Shown here: positions 9,148-19,079 of the stretch, piece by piece | Layout: each line of letters starts with the position of its first letter | Numbering within the stretch: position 1 is the stretch's first letter | DNA from: an uncultured Desulfosarcinaceae bacterium | Lineage (GTDB): Bacteria > Desulfobacterota > Desulfobacteria > Desulfobacterales > JAFDCJ01 | DNA length: 64,000 nt | Direction: 5' to 3' | Assembly: GCA_964527835.1 (NCBI GenBank) | Contig: CAZGNV010000004.1 | Coordinates: 40,079-104,078, forward strand | The notes under the pieces: model-generated | What the model saw: the letters and a program-made list of their open reading frames with translations, nothing else | Database searches by the model: none | Told to the model about the DNA's origin: nothing | Made by a program: the position numbers and the translations under genes

Positions 9148-10290
9148 CTATGGCGGTGTGATGCTTATCTCGACATCGTCATAATATAAAGGCTGATCCA
9201 GTTTGCCGTTGCTGCTGCCGTCAATGCCGAAATAAAAAGTGTAACTTCCCATGGGCAGATCCGATATGTTCAGGACCTCGAGTGGAGGAGACAAATCAAA
9301 TAAAGGTCCTTGATACGAAACCTGGAATCCCGGCCGCCATGTCCCCGAATTATGGTAGTAGTACCACCCGAATGCCGTATCGGCGACACACCACCAGTCT
9401 GCCGGCATGCCCGGGCTGTTTCCAGCATCAAGCTCTATGGTTACCGAAAGCGGTTGACCATGAGCGATCTGTATGGGGCCGTCTGAACCGTTGGCCTTGA
9501 TTTTAGGAAAAATGCAAGGGCTTATCGCGGTAAGCCATGGATCGAAGTCAACATTGTCACTTACGTTATCGCCTGACCCGCCGGGATTGGAAGCATGACT
9601 CGGCCCACTGGCATCGCCCCACCAATTGTTTTCGGCTGATATGTCAGTTGAAGACGAATTTTGCAGCCCGTAGGTCATGTTGCCGAAGATATTATTATAA
9701 ATGATAGTCGGAGTGTTTTCATAGCCCTGGTAATGAATACCAATGTTGTTTTCGGTAAAATCACAGCATGAGATTTCAGCTGTACTGTTATATATGTACA
9801 GTCCGGCACCCGCGCTTTTTCGAGAAATACATTTTTTGATGGTGGGCTGTGAGCTGTGTATTTGTATGCTCCCGGAAAAACCGCCATATTCAATGATCGC
9901 ATTTTCTATAATGCTGTCATCTGCGGCATTTGAGCTGAAATAGATATCATTCCAATCCCCGGGCTGCGGGATGTCGGCATTGGAGGTAAATATGATTTTC
10001 TGTGAAGCCGTCCCCCGGGCGATCAGCCTGCCCGTCGTACCGGAAAGCTCGCCTATAATCAGCCTGGGATTGATGGCATCCGGATTGAACCTGACCTCAA
10101 CGCCCGGCTCGATGGTCAGGGTGGCGCCATTAATTACATGCAATAACGAATTGACAATATGAGGATTTAAATCAGGTGTCCATGTCTCGTCCGAAGAAAT
10201 CGTCCCACCGTGAATAACCGCACCAGCGAAGCCTGCAATGCTGAAAACGAATACCAAAACAAGAGAAGGAATGCCGATACTCTTTTTCAT
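9148..10290 (-). CDS. Secreted protein with right-handed parallel beta-helix (pectin-lyase-like) repeats and a C-terminal beta-sandwich
   Basis: Signal peptide MKKSIGIP.., TLTIEPGVEVRF, IIFTS..GDW, AENNWWGDASGP, NVDFDPWL. Confidence 0.78.
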   Translation of the reverse strand: MKKSIGIPSLVLVFVFSIAGFAGAVIHGGTISSDETWTPDLNPHIVNSLLHVINGATLTIEPGVEVRFNPDAINPRLIIGELSGTTGRLIARGTASQKIIFTSNADIPQPGDWNDIYFSSNAADDSIIENAIIEYGGFSGSIQIHSSQPTIKKCISRKSAGAGLYIYNSTAEISCCDFTENNIGIHYQGYENTPTIIYNNIFGNMTYGLQNSSSTDISAENNWWGDASGPSHASNPGGSGDNVSDNVDFDPWLTAISPCIFPKIKANGSDGPIQIAHGQPLSVTIELDAGNSPGMPADWWCVADTAFGWYYYHNSGTWRPGFQVSYQGPLFDLSPPLEVLNISDLPMGSYTFYFGIDGSSNGKLDQPLYYDDVEISITPP

Positions 10291-10418
10291 TATAAAACCT
10301 CCCATGTAAAAATATTAGTCAACAGTTAATGCAAGAAATAGCTTCCTTTTATTGAACAAAACAGATGATCACGTTAACCTTGTCAATAAAGCAATAATTC
10401 TGGGGACATCAAATTATT

Positions 10419-10455
10419 AATGATGTCTTGACATCATTTAAAAAGATGCTATGAT
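10419..10455 (+). promoter_or_regulatory. vapBC promoter with overlapping operator
   Basis: AATGATGTC-TT-GACATCATT inverted repeat overlapping TTGACA (10428); TGcTATGAT extended -10 at 10447-10455. Confidence 0.62.
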
Positions 10456-10461
10456 GCCAAC

Positions 10462-10707
10462 ATGAGAACGACACTCACCATAGATGACGATGTGATTGAA
10501 CGGGCACGAACTATCGCAGCTAAATTGAACACCCCGTTTAAGCGGGTTATCAACGAAGCGCTTCGTGCTGGCCTAGACCAGGTGGAACAGCCCGCGAAGC
10601 AGCGCCGCTACAAAACAAAACCGCACAAAATGGGCCTCCGGCAGGGCCGCAATCTGGACAATATCCAGGAACTATTGGCTCAGATTGAAGGCGAGGAATC
10701 CCGTTGA
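10462..10707 (+). CDS. vapB: VapB-type ribbon-helix-helix antitoxin
   Basis: MRTTLTIDDDV..VINEALRAGL; overlaps the toxin start. Confidence 0.85.
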   Translation: MRTTLTIDDDVIERARTIAAKLNTPFKRVINEALRAGLDQVEQPAKQRRYKTKPHKMGLRQGRNLDNIQELLAQIEGEESR

Positions 10708-11132
10708 TTCTCGTCGATGCCAATATTCTATTATACGCGGAAGACGCTTTACAGCCTTGTCACCAGAAAGCGCGGGCATGGTGGGATGGCCAGTTGTCCG
10801 GAACTGAAGTGGTCTGCCTGTGCTGGACAGTTCTGTCCGCATTTATTCGTATAGGAACCAATCCCAGGGTTTTTGAGCACCCACTCTCTCTCGAACAGGT
10901 ACTTGAGCGGGTGCAAAGCTGGTTGAATCAGCCCTGTACGCGAATCATTCGGCCGACCGAGCGACACTGGACTGTTTTCCGGCAGATGCTCACGGAGGGT
11001 CAGGCTGTCGCCAATCTGGTATCCGATGCGCATTTGGCAGCGCTTGCCATTGAACATGGCTGCGAATTGGCCTCCACCGATTCTGATTTCAGCCGTTTCC
11101 CCAAACTCAAATGGAAAAATCCCCTGGCCTAA
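10704..11132 (+). CDS. vapC: VapC PIN-domain toxin
   Basis: MILVDANILLYA, LVSDAHLAALAIEHG, STDSDFSRF. Confidence 0.92.
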   Translation: MILVDANILLYAEDALQPCHQKARAWWDGQLSGTEVVCLCWTVLSAFIRIGTNPRVFEHPLSLEQVLERVQSWLNQPCTRIIRPTERHWTVFRQMLTEGQAVANLVSDAHLAALAIEHGCELASTDSDFSRFPKLKWKNPLA

Positions 11133-11377
11133 GCCACTGTTTCGGGGGACACAATTCCAAATCCGGGATTTGTGCTTTTCGGCTGCCGATATTGCTTCTG
11201 CACATAAGGAGAGGCCATCAACCGACTGAGTGCAAAATATCCGACGGAAATGATCGATAGTGCAATGCCGCACTTCCGTTTTAGTTCTCCGGCCAATGCA
11301 ACCAGACATTGCTGTGCGGCAAAATGCAAACCGGCAAAGAAATTGAGCCTCACCGAACAGATGGTTTTCACCGGCTT

Positions 11378-12670
11378 TCAGGCAACCATATTTTCGACTG
11401 TGCAAAGGGCGTGTTCGTATGCTTCGGCCGTAAACCGGAGTCTAAGCGCGGTTTTCAGCATTTCCATGGTCAGCACCCTGTTTTGCCGGGCCAGCACTGC
11501 CAGGACGGCCAGCGCCCGATCCTGGGATTTGATTTTGCGGGATTTAAAATCCACTTCGACAATGCTTGCTTGACTGGGCGGCAGTTGCACGTCCGCTGCT
11601 TTGAGCACCCGTGTTTCAGGGGTCAGCGCAGCCAGCATTTTGCGGCGGCGATTGACGCCTTCCGGTGCCAGGGCAATGACGACCGAAGGCTTCTCAATGC
11701 CCGTATAATCGATTTGACTGTCGGCAAGAATCACCTCGCTGACCGAGTGGCCCCGCATGACCGTAATGGGGTAGTCATTTTTTTGGGTGCCGTGGCAGCC
11801 CGCTGCCGCGCCGGCCAGGCAAAGCAGCTCGCCGGCGGTAATGATTCTCTGGCCGGCGCCACCCAGCAAAACGATTTCACGGCGTCCTCTCCACGGAGGG
11901 GTGCAGATGGCTGCAATGCGAACCGGCTCCGATAGCGCCTTTTGCCGGGCCGCCTCCTGCCGGTAGGCCTTTGAGTATTCCATTCTGGCGTTCAGTGCTT
12001 TGAAATCATCTGCCTCAGGCAGTTGTGCCAGGGCCGCGGCGATGCTTTTGGGGGTCAGCCGGTTGCGGCGGGTGTAGCGGCCGGGGCAGATGCCCCAGAT
12101 GTCCACCAGCGAAAACCCGTTAAAGGCAATGGCCTCCTTGAGAGCTTCCACAAGGCCTTTATCATAGGTCGATATTCGCGATACAAAAGGGGCGCCCGCC
12201 GCACCGGCCACCTGGCAGATATCCATGGGCTTTTCAATTTTGTTTAAAAAGCCCGATCCGACCGCCGCATCCTGTGGCGTGGTGGACGAACACTGGCCGC
12301 CGGTCATCCCGTAGTTAAAATTGTTGAGCACCAGCAGGGTCAGATCGATATTGCGCCGGCAGGTGCTCAACACATGGGCGCCGCCGATGCCCAGCCCGCC
12401 GTCGCCCATGGTGACAATGACCTTCAATTGCGGTCGGGCCATCTTGATCCCGGTGGCATAGGTCAGCGCTCTTCCATGCAGGCCGTGAAAGGCGTGGGTA
12501 TTGAAAAAGGTGTCAAAAAGACCCGAACAGCCGATATCGGTTACAATCACCACCTGTTCACCGGCCAGGCCCATTCCTTTCAGGGCCTGATCCAAGGCGT
12601 GCAGCACATTTTCATGGGAACAGCCCGGGCAGAAGACGGCGGGACGGTTGCGGTTTAAGAGACTATCCAT
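11378..12670 (-). CDS. 2-oxoacid:ferredoxin oxidoreductase, fused beta + gamma subunits
   Basis: FCPGC, DIGCSG, HGRAL, GDGG, NNFNYGMTGGQ (TPP-binding beta part), then GGAGQRIITAG gamma domain. Confidence 0.9.
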   Translation of the reverse strand: MDSLLNRNRPAVFCPGCSHENVLHALDQALKGMGLAGEQVVIVTDIGCSGLFDTFFNTHAFHGLHGRALTYATGIKMARPQLKVIVTMGDGGLGIGGAHVLSTCRRNIDLTLLVLNNFNYGMTGGQCSSTTPQDAAVGSGFLNKIEKPMDICQVAGAAGAPFVSRISTYDKGLVEALKEAIAFNGFSLVDIWGICPGRYTRRNRLTPKSIAAALAQLPEADDFKALNARMEYSKAYRQEAARQKALSEPVRIAAICTPPWRGRREIVLLGGAGQRIITAGELLCLAGAAAGCHGTQKNDYPITVMRGHSVSEVILADSQIDYTGIEKPSVVIALAPEGVNRRRKMLAALTPETRVLKAADVQLPPSQASIVEVDFKSRKIKSQDRALAVLAVLARQNRVLTMEMLKTALRLRFTAEAYEHALCTVENMVA

Positions 12671-13784
12671 GCTGGATCACCTCCATGATCTGTGCGGGCT
12701 TGATCAGCTCACCGTTCATCTGTCCCAAAAAATCGATCTTTTTGTCGGGCAGCAGCCGCTGGAGCTCTCGCACGTATTGACCCAGGTTCATTTCAACCAT
12801 GACCACGCGCCGGTAAGGGGCGGCTTTTTCCCGAATCAGCGTTTCGGCAACCGGCCACAGGGTCTTTAAAACCAGCAACGAGGCCGATTTGCCCGTTTGC
12901 TGCAGCGTTTTTGCCGCCGTCCTTGCTGCGCGGGCTGTAATTCCGTAGGCAATCACCAGCGTATCGGCACCCGCGACAGCATATTCATCATAGCAGGTAA
13001 ATTCAGCGACGGATTTGTTAAGCTTGGCATTCAGACGCTGCAGCATCTTTTCAATCTGCACGGGGTCCGTGGTGATATAGCCGTCAGGGCCGTGGGTTGA
13101 AGAGGTTTGCCGGACCAGGCGTTTGGCACCTATGGGTAGAAAATCAGGGACTGCCTGGTCCTGCCGTATATCAAAGGGCAGAAAAGCCTTGTCTGGATCC
13201 GCCATGCGGCGCTGCACCACCGCCGGCCGGTCAAGGTCTTCGGGATCGAAGGTTTCCCGGGTCATGGAGATTTCCTTGTTGGCGGCAATGAATACCGGAC
13301 AGCGATACTGTTCGGCGAGATTGAAAGCCTGCATGGTGAGCACGTAACAGTCGGCTACATCCACAGGAGCCAGCACGATCACCGGCAGCCCGCCGCTGTT
13401 GCCCCAGCGCAAAAACTGGATGTCGCCGTCCGCTCCCTTGGTGGCCGATCCGGTCGACGGCCCCAGGCGCTGGACGTCAACAATGACAATGGGAATCTCG
13501 CTGCCGATGGCAAAGGAAATCTGCTCGCTGCACAGGCTGATGCCCAGACCCGAGGTGGCCGTCATGGTCTTCATGCCGCCCATGGCCGCCCCCAGGCAAA
13601 AGCCCATGGAGGCGATTTCATCCTCCCCCTGAAGACAGATGCCCCCTGCGGGCGGCAGCAGCTTGAGCATGGTGTTGTATATGGTGGTGGCCGGGGTGAT
13701 GGGGTAGCCGGCAAAAAAATTACATCCCGCCGACAGCGCCCCCCAGCCAATGGCTTCGTTGCCTTCCATTAAAGTGAGCGGCAT
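12663..13784 (-). CDS. 2-oxoacid:ferredoxin oxidoreductase alpha subunit
   Basis: MEGNEAIGWGAL, FFAGYPITPAT, EDEIAS, TATSG, QRLGPSTG, VEMNLGQY. Confidence 0.93.
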   Translation of the reverse strand: MPLTLMEGNEAIGWGALSAGCNFFAGYPITPATTIYNTMLKLLPPAGGICLQGEDEIASMGFCLGAAMGGMKTMTATSGLGISLCSEQISFAIGSEIPIVIVDVQRLGPSTGSATKGADGDIQFLRWGNSGGLPVIVLAPVDVADCYVLTMQAFNLAEQYRCPVFIAANKEISMTRETFDPEDLDRPAVVQRRMADPDKAFLPFDIRQDQAVPDFLPIGAKRLVRQTSSTHGPDGYITTDPVQIEKMLQRLNAKLNKSVAEFTCYDEYAVAGADTLVIAYGITARAARTAAKTLQQTGKSASLLVLKTLWPVAETLIREKAAPYRRVVMVEMNLGQYVRELQRLLPDKKIDFLGQMNGELIKPAQIMEVIQHG

Positions 13785-13968
13785 GAAACACCTTCCTGAA
13801 AGTATCTTCCATTTGATTGCTGCAGCTTACAATAGCCCGGGCTTTTTAAGTTTGGATTTATCAATTTTCCCATCTTTTGCCCATTCACGCAACTCTAATT
13901 CCGGGGACATCCATACTTAATGATTGTCAATTGCAGGACTTCCTGAGGAGCTGTGGTCCACATCTGTT

Positions 13969-14817
13969 TCAGGCTACCTGTTCTTCCTGCAATCCCTTGT
14001 CTTCGCTGGCGGCAATCATCACCGGCCGGTCGATCATTTCAGCCAGCGGCAAAACCGTCAGACCTTTGGCCCGGATGCCGTCCAGAAGCCGCTCGATTTG
14101 TTTTAGCCAGGCGGGCAGAAGCGCTGGGTTGGGGGGGGCGGCATCATGCAGGGCGATAATATCGCCGGGTTGAATGCGCCTCAATATTTTTTGCGCAAGG
14201 TTTTTTATCCACCGGTTGCCGCCATCCATGGCGCGGCAGCTGAAGTTGACGAGATACAAGCCGGCCTCTGACAGCGCCGGCTGCAGCCGCGGGCCGGTGA
14301 TTCCCATCGGCGGGCGAAAGGCCAGGGGGCGGACGTCCAGTTTTTGCAACACCTGCTGCGTGGCAATAATTTCGCCGGCAATGGAGCTGGAGCTGCGAAA
14401 CATCACCAGGCTGTCGTGGGTATAGGAATGATTTCCAATGGTATGCCCCTGGTGCACGATTTCTTTTACCAGTTCCGGATGGGCGGCAGCCCGCTTGCCG
14501 AGTACAAAAAACGTTGCTTTTATCCCGTGCTTTGCGAGCAGTCTCAGCAACGGCGTGGTGAAAAGCGGGTCCGGGCCGTCATCAAAGGTCAGGGCCACCG
14601 CCTTTTTAGCGGCATCCCCCCGGCTGATGATCGGCAGGAAAAAGCCGAAACGGGGAAGAAGCGACGCCACCGCGCACAGCAGGATAAAGCCAGCCAGGAC
14701 AATCACAGACAGCCGCGGGTCCCAAAATGCCAGCAACGCGGCCCCGGCCAGGGCGCCGATGCCGATGCGCTCTCCCAGCGACAGCCGCGTGGCGGCTGCA
14801 GGAGCCGCCTGGATCAT
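13969..14817 (-). CDS. Polysaccharide deacetylase (NodB homology) with N-terminal membrane anchor
   Basis: ALTFDDGP, IGNHSYTH, FRPPMG, IIALHD; ATG 14817 overlaps the MMPL stop (ATGA). Confidence 0.88.
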   Translation of the reverse strand: MIQAAPAAATRLSLGERIGIGALAGAALLAFWDPRLSVIVLAGFILLCAVASLLPRFGFFLPIISRGDAAKKAVALTFDDGPDPLFTTPLLRLLAKHGIKATFFVLGKRAAAHPELVKEIVHQGHTIGNHSYTHDSLVMFRSSSSIAGEIIATQQVLQKLDVRPLAFRPPMGITGPRLQPALSEAGLYLVNFSCRAMDGGNRWIKNLAQKILRRIQPGDIIALHDAAPPNPALLPAWLKQIERLLDGIRAKGLTVLPLAEMIDRPVMIAASEDKGLQEEQVA

Positions 14818-17800
14818 GCGGCCGGCTGGATCTTTGCGATCATCCAAATCAATTCTCCATTGGCTCCTGAAGGTTGCGTGTGTTCAATGGAAAATCCGGC
14901 CTGCAGGAGCATGCTTTTGTTCTGAGCCACGGAGCGGTAATAGGCTGGTGTGCCGGAAAGTTTCAGCTTGAGGTTTTCCAGCCACCAGACCCAGGGCAGC
15001 CGTCTTTGGGGCGGGATGGTTGCCCTGACGATGAAACGTCCGCCGGGCCGAAGGCACTGGTAAATTCTTTTCAAGGCCAGGGGCAGGTCACGGTCATCCA
15101 GGTAGTGCATGATATCCATCATGACCACCAGGTCCGCCGGCTGCTCCGGGCAGGGGATGTCCGGGGCGCGGCCGATCTCAATTCGGCCCCTGTCTCCCAC
15201 GGCCCTGGCGGCGATCCGCACCCGCCCGGGGTCCGGATCGATTCCATGGACGCGGGCCAGGGGATACCGCTCCAGCAGCCAGCAGGCCGGAACCCCGTAA
15301 CCGCAGCCGATGTCGACAATCGTCTCGACCCCATCGCCGGGGGTCAAGATCTGCGGCAGTTCGGAAAACATCGGATCCAGGTCGACTTTAAACCTTGCAA
15401 ACAGGCGCGGATAGGCCTCCATGTTGCGGTAGCGCCCTAGCAGCCGCTGGCGCAGGGTCCCGCTGCATCGGCTTTTTTCCCGGCGGTGTTGAAACACCCG
15501 CTCCAGGACCGGCGGTAAAATGACAAAGGCTCCGATCAGACAATAGCCGATGCCCAGCAGCGAGGTCAGCCCGGCGCTTTTCAAAAGGTCGTGCTGCGCC
15601 GTGCACAGGACCCCGAACCCGATAAGAGTCGATGCCGCCGCCAGAAAAACCGTCATGCGGATCAGGGAGAAATAGGGATGGGCAAAATCGCCGTAGCGCT
15701 GATAGGAGCGGACGAAAAACAGGGAATAGTCCACGCCCATGCCGATGACGATGATGGCCAGCATCAGTCCGGGAATATCCAGCGGATGGCCGATGAGTTT
15801 TAAGGTGCCCAGGGTGCAGACCAGCCCGAAGACGACGGGCAGCAGGGCAATCACGGTCAGCGTGATGTCGAAGAAGAACACCAGCAGCAGCACCACCACG
15901 CTGAGGCCCACGATGGCCAGCATTTTCACGAAGGTGGCAAACAGCAGCTTGCCCATGTTTTGCGAAAACAGCTGCGGATCAAACACTTTGCCCAGCTGTC
16001 GGTAGCGGGCATAAAACACTGCCGCGTTGTAAGCCGGCCCGGTGCCAAGGGTCGAGACCTGCAGCCAGGAGTTTTCTGCCGGGCCGGGCACAATGCCCAG
16101 CAGGCTGAAAAATTTGGGTGGAATCGGCAGGGGCTGCAGTTGGACGGCATCGGGTTGCAGCATCTTGTAAAAGGGCGCGAACGCATCGGCGGCAAAGCCC
16201 AGCTCCCGGGAAGCCGCCTGGAGCACCTTTTTCACGGCGGTGATGCGCTCGGTGGTCCAGAAGTTTTTCCAGGCTGCAAGATTTTGCCGGCGGCGGCTTT
16301 CGCCGGGAAAAATCATGGAGGAGACAAAACCCGAAGAAAGCATGCCCGAGCGCCGGTCCTGCTCCAGCAGCTCCAGGAGCCGGTCATCCTTGTTTTGAAG
16401 GGCGCTGACGCTGTCGGCGGCGGTCAGCACGTAAATTCTGTCGAAGACCCAGCCCCACACGGCGGCAAGTTTTTTGTCGGCGGCAGCGGTCTGCGGCCTG
16501 ACCGTGTTCATGGCACTGAGTTTGACATTGAAATCCGGTTTGGCGAAAAACAGCATCAATGCGGCGAAGGCCAGGGCCATCCAGGCGCCTTTTTTGCCTG
16601 TACCGGAAAGCTTGTCGACCAGGTTATGAAGCGGCAGCGGCCGGGGACTTGCCGGCGCCATGGCGGGCAAAACCAGGGGCAAAACGCTGTGGACGAAGAT
16701 AAATGCAAAGGCGATGCCCAGGGCGGTGAATTGTCCCAGCTGGGCCAAAATGGGAAAACCGCTGAAATTGAGAGCGGCAAAAGCGCCGATGGTAGTCAGC
16801 ACCGCCAACAGGCCCACGGCCTTGACCTCGGCTGAGGCCTGCCGCCCGTAAGTTTGGCTGGGACGATCGACAAACAGCAGGTAGGCGATGGCATGATCGA
16901 CGGATATCGAGATGATAGCCCCGCCGAAACCGAGCACCATCAGCGATATGGACCGGTGCAGCAGGGAAAATACGAAAAACGCCAGCATGGCCCCGGCCAC
17001 GGCCGGCAGCAGCGACAGCAGGCCGATATAGGGCCGGGGAAATGAAATCAGCAGCAGCAGGATGATGCCCGCGGTTGCTAGCACGATTGCGTTGCGCACA
17101 TCGCGCCTGATAATCAGCTCGTTGTCCAGTGCCGCCCGGTAAGCCCCCACCGGGGTCAAAACAACCCGCTGGCCGGCGGCGGCCGGCTGTTGATTGAGCT
17201 GCCCGGCGATGTTGTCAATGACCGCCGCAGCCCGCCGGGCAAACTGCGTGTCAGTGCTCGAAGCTGCGGGATGGGCGATGACCAGCAGGTGCCTGCCGTC
17301 CGGCGACAAGATCTGCCCCCTGTAGATGTGCACCGACTGCGAAGGCGCCAAGTCGGCCAGCCGGGCCATCACCAGGTTTCTCAGCTCCAGCGGGTCTGCG
17401 GCAATAAACTGCGCCTGCCCGATGGCGTCGAGGCTTAACAGGTTTCGCCGCGTGGCGGCCAGCTTTTGCCGGATCTTTTGCGGTTCCAGCAATGGTTTGA
17501 CGTTGTCTTCGAGTTGGACGGCACTGAACATGGCCGGCAGATTGCTGACAACGTGAAATGCCAGTTTGGGGATCAGATCGCGGGTTTGCTGCAGGCCGAC
17601 TTTTTTAAACAGGCCGCTGTCTCTCAGGCTTTTTTCAACCTGCCGGCCGTATTCAACCAGCGCATCTTTGTCGGCCCGTTCAAGGTTGACATCGATGACC
17701 AGCTGATCCTGGATCGGGTTGTGGCGGAAGATGTAAAGCGCATCGGCGATGACGGGATCATTGCGGGGCAAAAATCCCATGATGTCCGCATCGATCTTCA

Positions 17801-17885
17801 GGCGCTTGATCCCCACCCCAAAAAGGACCGTTACCACCAGGGCGATGACCAGCAGCCGGCGCCAGTGAAAGATGGTTGGTTTCAT
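14814..17885 (-). CDS. MMPL/RND-family lipid exporter fused to a C-terminal class I methyltransferase
   Basis: Two TM bundles with GAIISISVDHAI and GMGVDYSLF; C-terminal IVDIGCGYG, HGIDPD, LRPGG. Confidence 0.88.
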   Translation of the reverse strand: MKPTIFHWRRLLVIALVVTVLFGVGIKRLKIDADIMGFLPRNDPVIADALYIFRHNPIQDQLVIDVNLERADKDALVEYGRQVEKSLRDSGLFKKVGLQQTRDLIPKLAFHVVSNLPAMFSAVQLEDNVKPLLEPQKIRQKLAATRRNLLSLDAIGQAQFIAADPLELRNLVMARLADLAPSQSVHIYRGQILSPDGRHLLVIAHPAASSTDTQFARRAAAVIDNIAGQLNQQPAAAGQRVVLTPVGAYRAALDNELIIRRDVRNAIVLATAGIILLLLISFPRPYIGLLSLLPAVAGAMLAFFVFSLLHRSISLMVLGFGGAIISISVDHAIAYLLFVDRPSQTYGRQASAEVKAVGLLAVLTTIGAFAALNFSGFPILAQLGQFTALGIAFAFIFVHSVLPLVLPAMAPASPRPLPLHNLVDKLSGTGKKGAWMALAFAALMLFFAKPDFNVKLSAMNTVRPQTAAADKKLAAVWGWVFDRIYVLTAADSVSALQNKDDRLLELLEQDRRSGMLSSGFVSSMIFPGESRRRQNLAAWKNFWTTERITAVKKVLQAASRELGFAADAFAPFYKMLQPDAVQLQPLPIPPKFFSLLGIVPGPAENSWLQVSTLGTGPAYNAAVFYARYRQLGKVFDPQLFSQNMGKLLFATFVKMLAIVGLSVVVLLLVFFFDITLTVIALLPVVFGLVCTLGTLKLIGHPLDIPGLMLAIIVIGMGVDYSLFFVRSYQRYGDFAHPYFSLIRMTVFLAAASTLIGFGVLCTAQHDLLKSAGLTSLLGIGYCLIGAFVILPPVLERVFQHRREKSRCSGTLRQRLLGRYRNMEAYPRLFARFKVDLDPMFSELPQILTPGDGVETIVDIGCGYGVPACWLLERYPLARVHGIDPDPGRVRIAARAVGDRGRIEIGRAPDIPCPEQPADLVVMMDIMHYLDDRDLPLALKRIYQCLRPGGRFIVRATIPPQRRLPWVWWLENLKLKLSGTPAYYRSVAQNKSMLLQAGFSIEHTQPSGANGELIWMIAKIQPAA

Positions 17886-18607
17886 GCGTGGAAAACCAGT
17901 TTGAAAAGAATCAACAGTAAAACGACATGCACGGCGATGACCATTGTCTTTCGGCGGTGGTAGAATTCATTGGCTTTCTGAATCCGACGCAATCCGCCCC
18001 ACAACCGGCGGAATTTATCCAGCCGCCGGCAACGGTCATTGTCCGAATCCGTATCACTCTGAAAGGCAAAGGCGGGGTAAATGGCGTAAAAGCCTTTGGC
18101 CCGAGCACGCAGCATGTCATCGTAGGCGATCCCCTGCCAGGGGGTTTTGACCAGCTCCTGGGCATACCGGCGAGACAGGGCATACCCGTGGGCCAGGCAG
18201 CGGTATTTTATTTTCAGTACCGAATGGTTGTGTGTTTTTCGACTGCCGGTCACCAAGCAGCCGAAAAACAGGATGTTGCAGCCGGAATTGGCCGTCAAAA
18301 AATCAATGCCGCTTTCAAGCCGCACCGGGTCAAAGCTTTCAAACAGGATGTCGTCTTCGAAAATGGCGATGGTTTCAGCACCCGCCTGGAGGGCTTTTTG
18401 CAGGCAGGCCAAGTGAGATTCATAGATGCCCTGCTCGCGATTGCGGGGATGCCGGTTCACGGTCATGAATTCGACTTTGCCGGCCAAGCCGACCCGTGCA
18501 AACTGCTGTTTTGCGGCCGCGCGCCGGTCCGCGCGTTCCACCAGCGAGATGCAGTAAATTTTGTCAAAACAATTCCAGCAGTTCGTTGATGCCTCGGCGC
18601 TCATCAC
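17882..18607 (-). CDS. Glycosyltransferase family 25
   Basis: KIYCISLVERADRR, GIYESH, IFEDD, AHGYALS. Confidence 0.75.
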   Translation of the reverse strand: MMSAEASTNCWNCFDKIYCISLVERADRRAAAKQQFARVGLAGKVEFMTVNRHPRNREQGIYESHLACLQKALQAGAETIAIFEDDILFESFDPVRLESGIDFLTANSGCNILFFGCLVTGSRKTHNHSVLKIKYRCLAHGYALSRRYAQELVKTPWQGIAYDDMLRARAKGFYAIYPAFAFQSDTDSDNDRCRRLDKFRRLWGGLRRIQKANEFYHRRKTMVIAVHVVLLLILFKLVFHA

Positions 18608-18999
18608 TTATCCTGGTATGCTTTTTCAATGGCGGTTTGCACCGCATTCATGATCACGCGGCTGCTGTTGGTGGCCCCGCTGACGGCATCGACCCGGGTG
18701 GATTGGCGGGCGATGATTCTTTGCACAACAGGCGCTGCGGCTTTTTTACCCTTCCAGGCCTGGTTTTCAACGATTTCGATGTCGGCAATGGCATGATCTT
18801 TAATGGTAACCTTGACCACTGCCTTGTTGGGTCCGCTCCGGTAGCTGCCCTCGTAGATGCCGTCGGTGAGCTTTGTGCTGTCAACCGGTGCGCCCAGCAC
18901 CGGGGCAGTCGCACATCCTGCCAGCAGCATGGAGCCGAGGATCAGGACGGGGATCACAACAATCACCAAGACGCCAGATTTTGTTTTCACTTTGCGCAT
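18604..18999 (-). CDS. FMN-binding domain lipoprotein
   Basis: LLAGC lipobox, DGIYEG, VDAVSGATNSS FMN-binding motif. Confidence 0.82.
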   Translation of the reverse strand: MRKVKTKSGVLVIVVIPVLILGSMLLAGCATAPVLGAPVDSTKLTDGIYEGSYRSGPNKAVVKVTIKDHAIADIEIVENQAWKGKKAAAPVVQRIIARQSTRVDAVSGATNSSRVIMNAVQTAIEKAYQDK

Positions 19000-19079
19000 T
19001 GAATTTTTCCTTCAAAAATCTTATTCCCATGTTAAAATAAAAACTCAAGTTTTGCACCTGATTATTGGGGCAATAAGGT

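Noticed and set aside
11129-11371. 80-aa ORF and overlapping plus-strand ORFs between vapC and the oxidoreductase
   Set aside because: No motifs, no clear RBS, mutually overlapping
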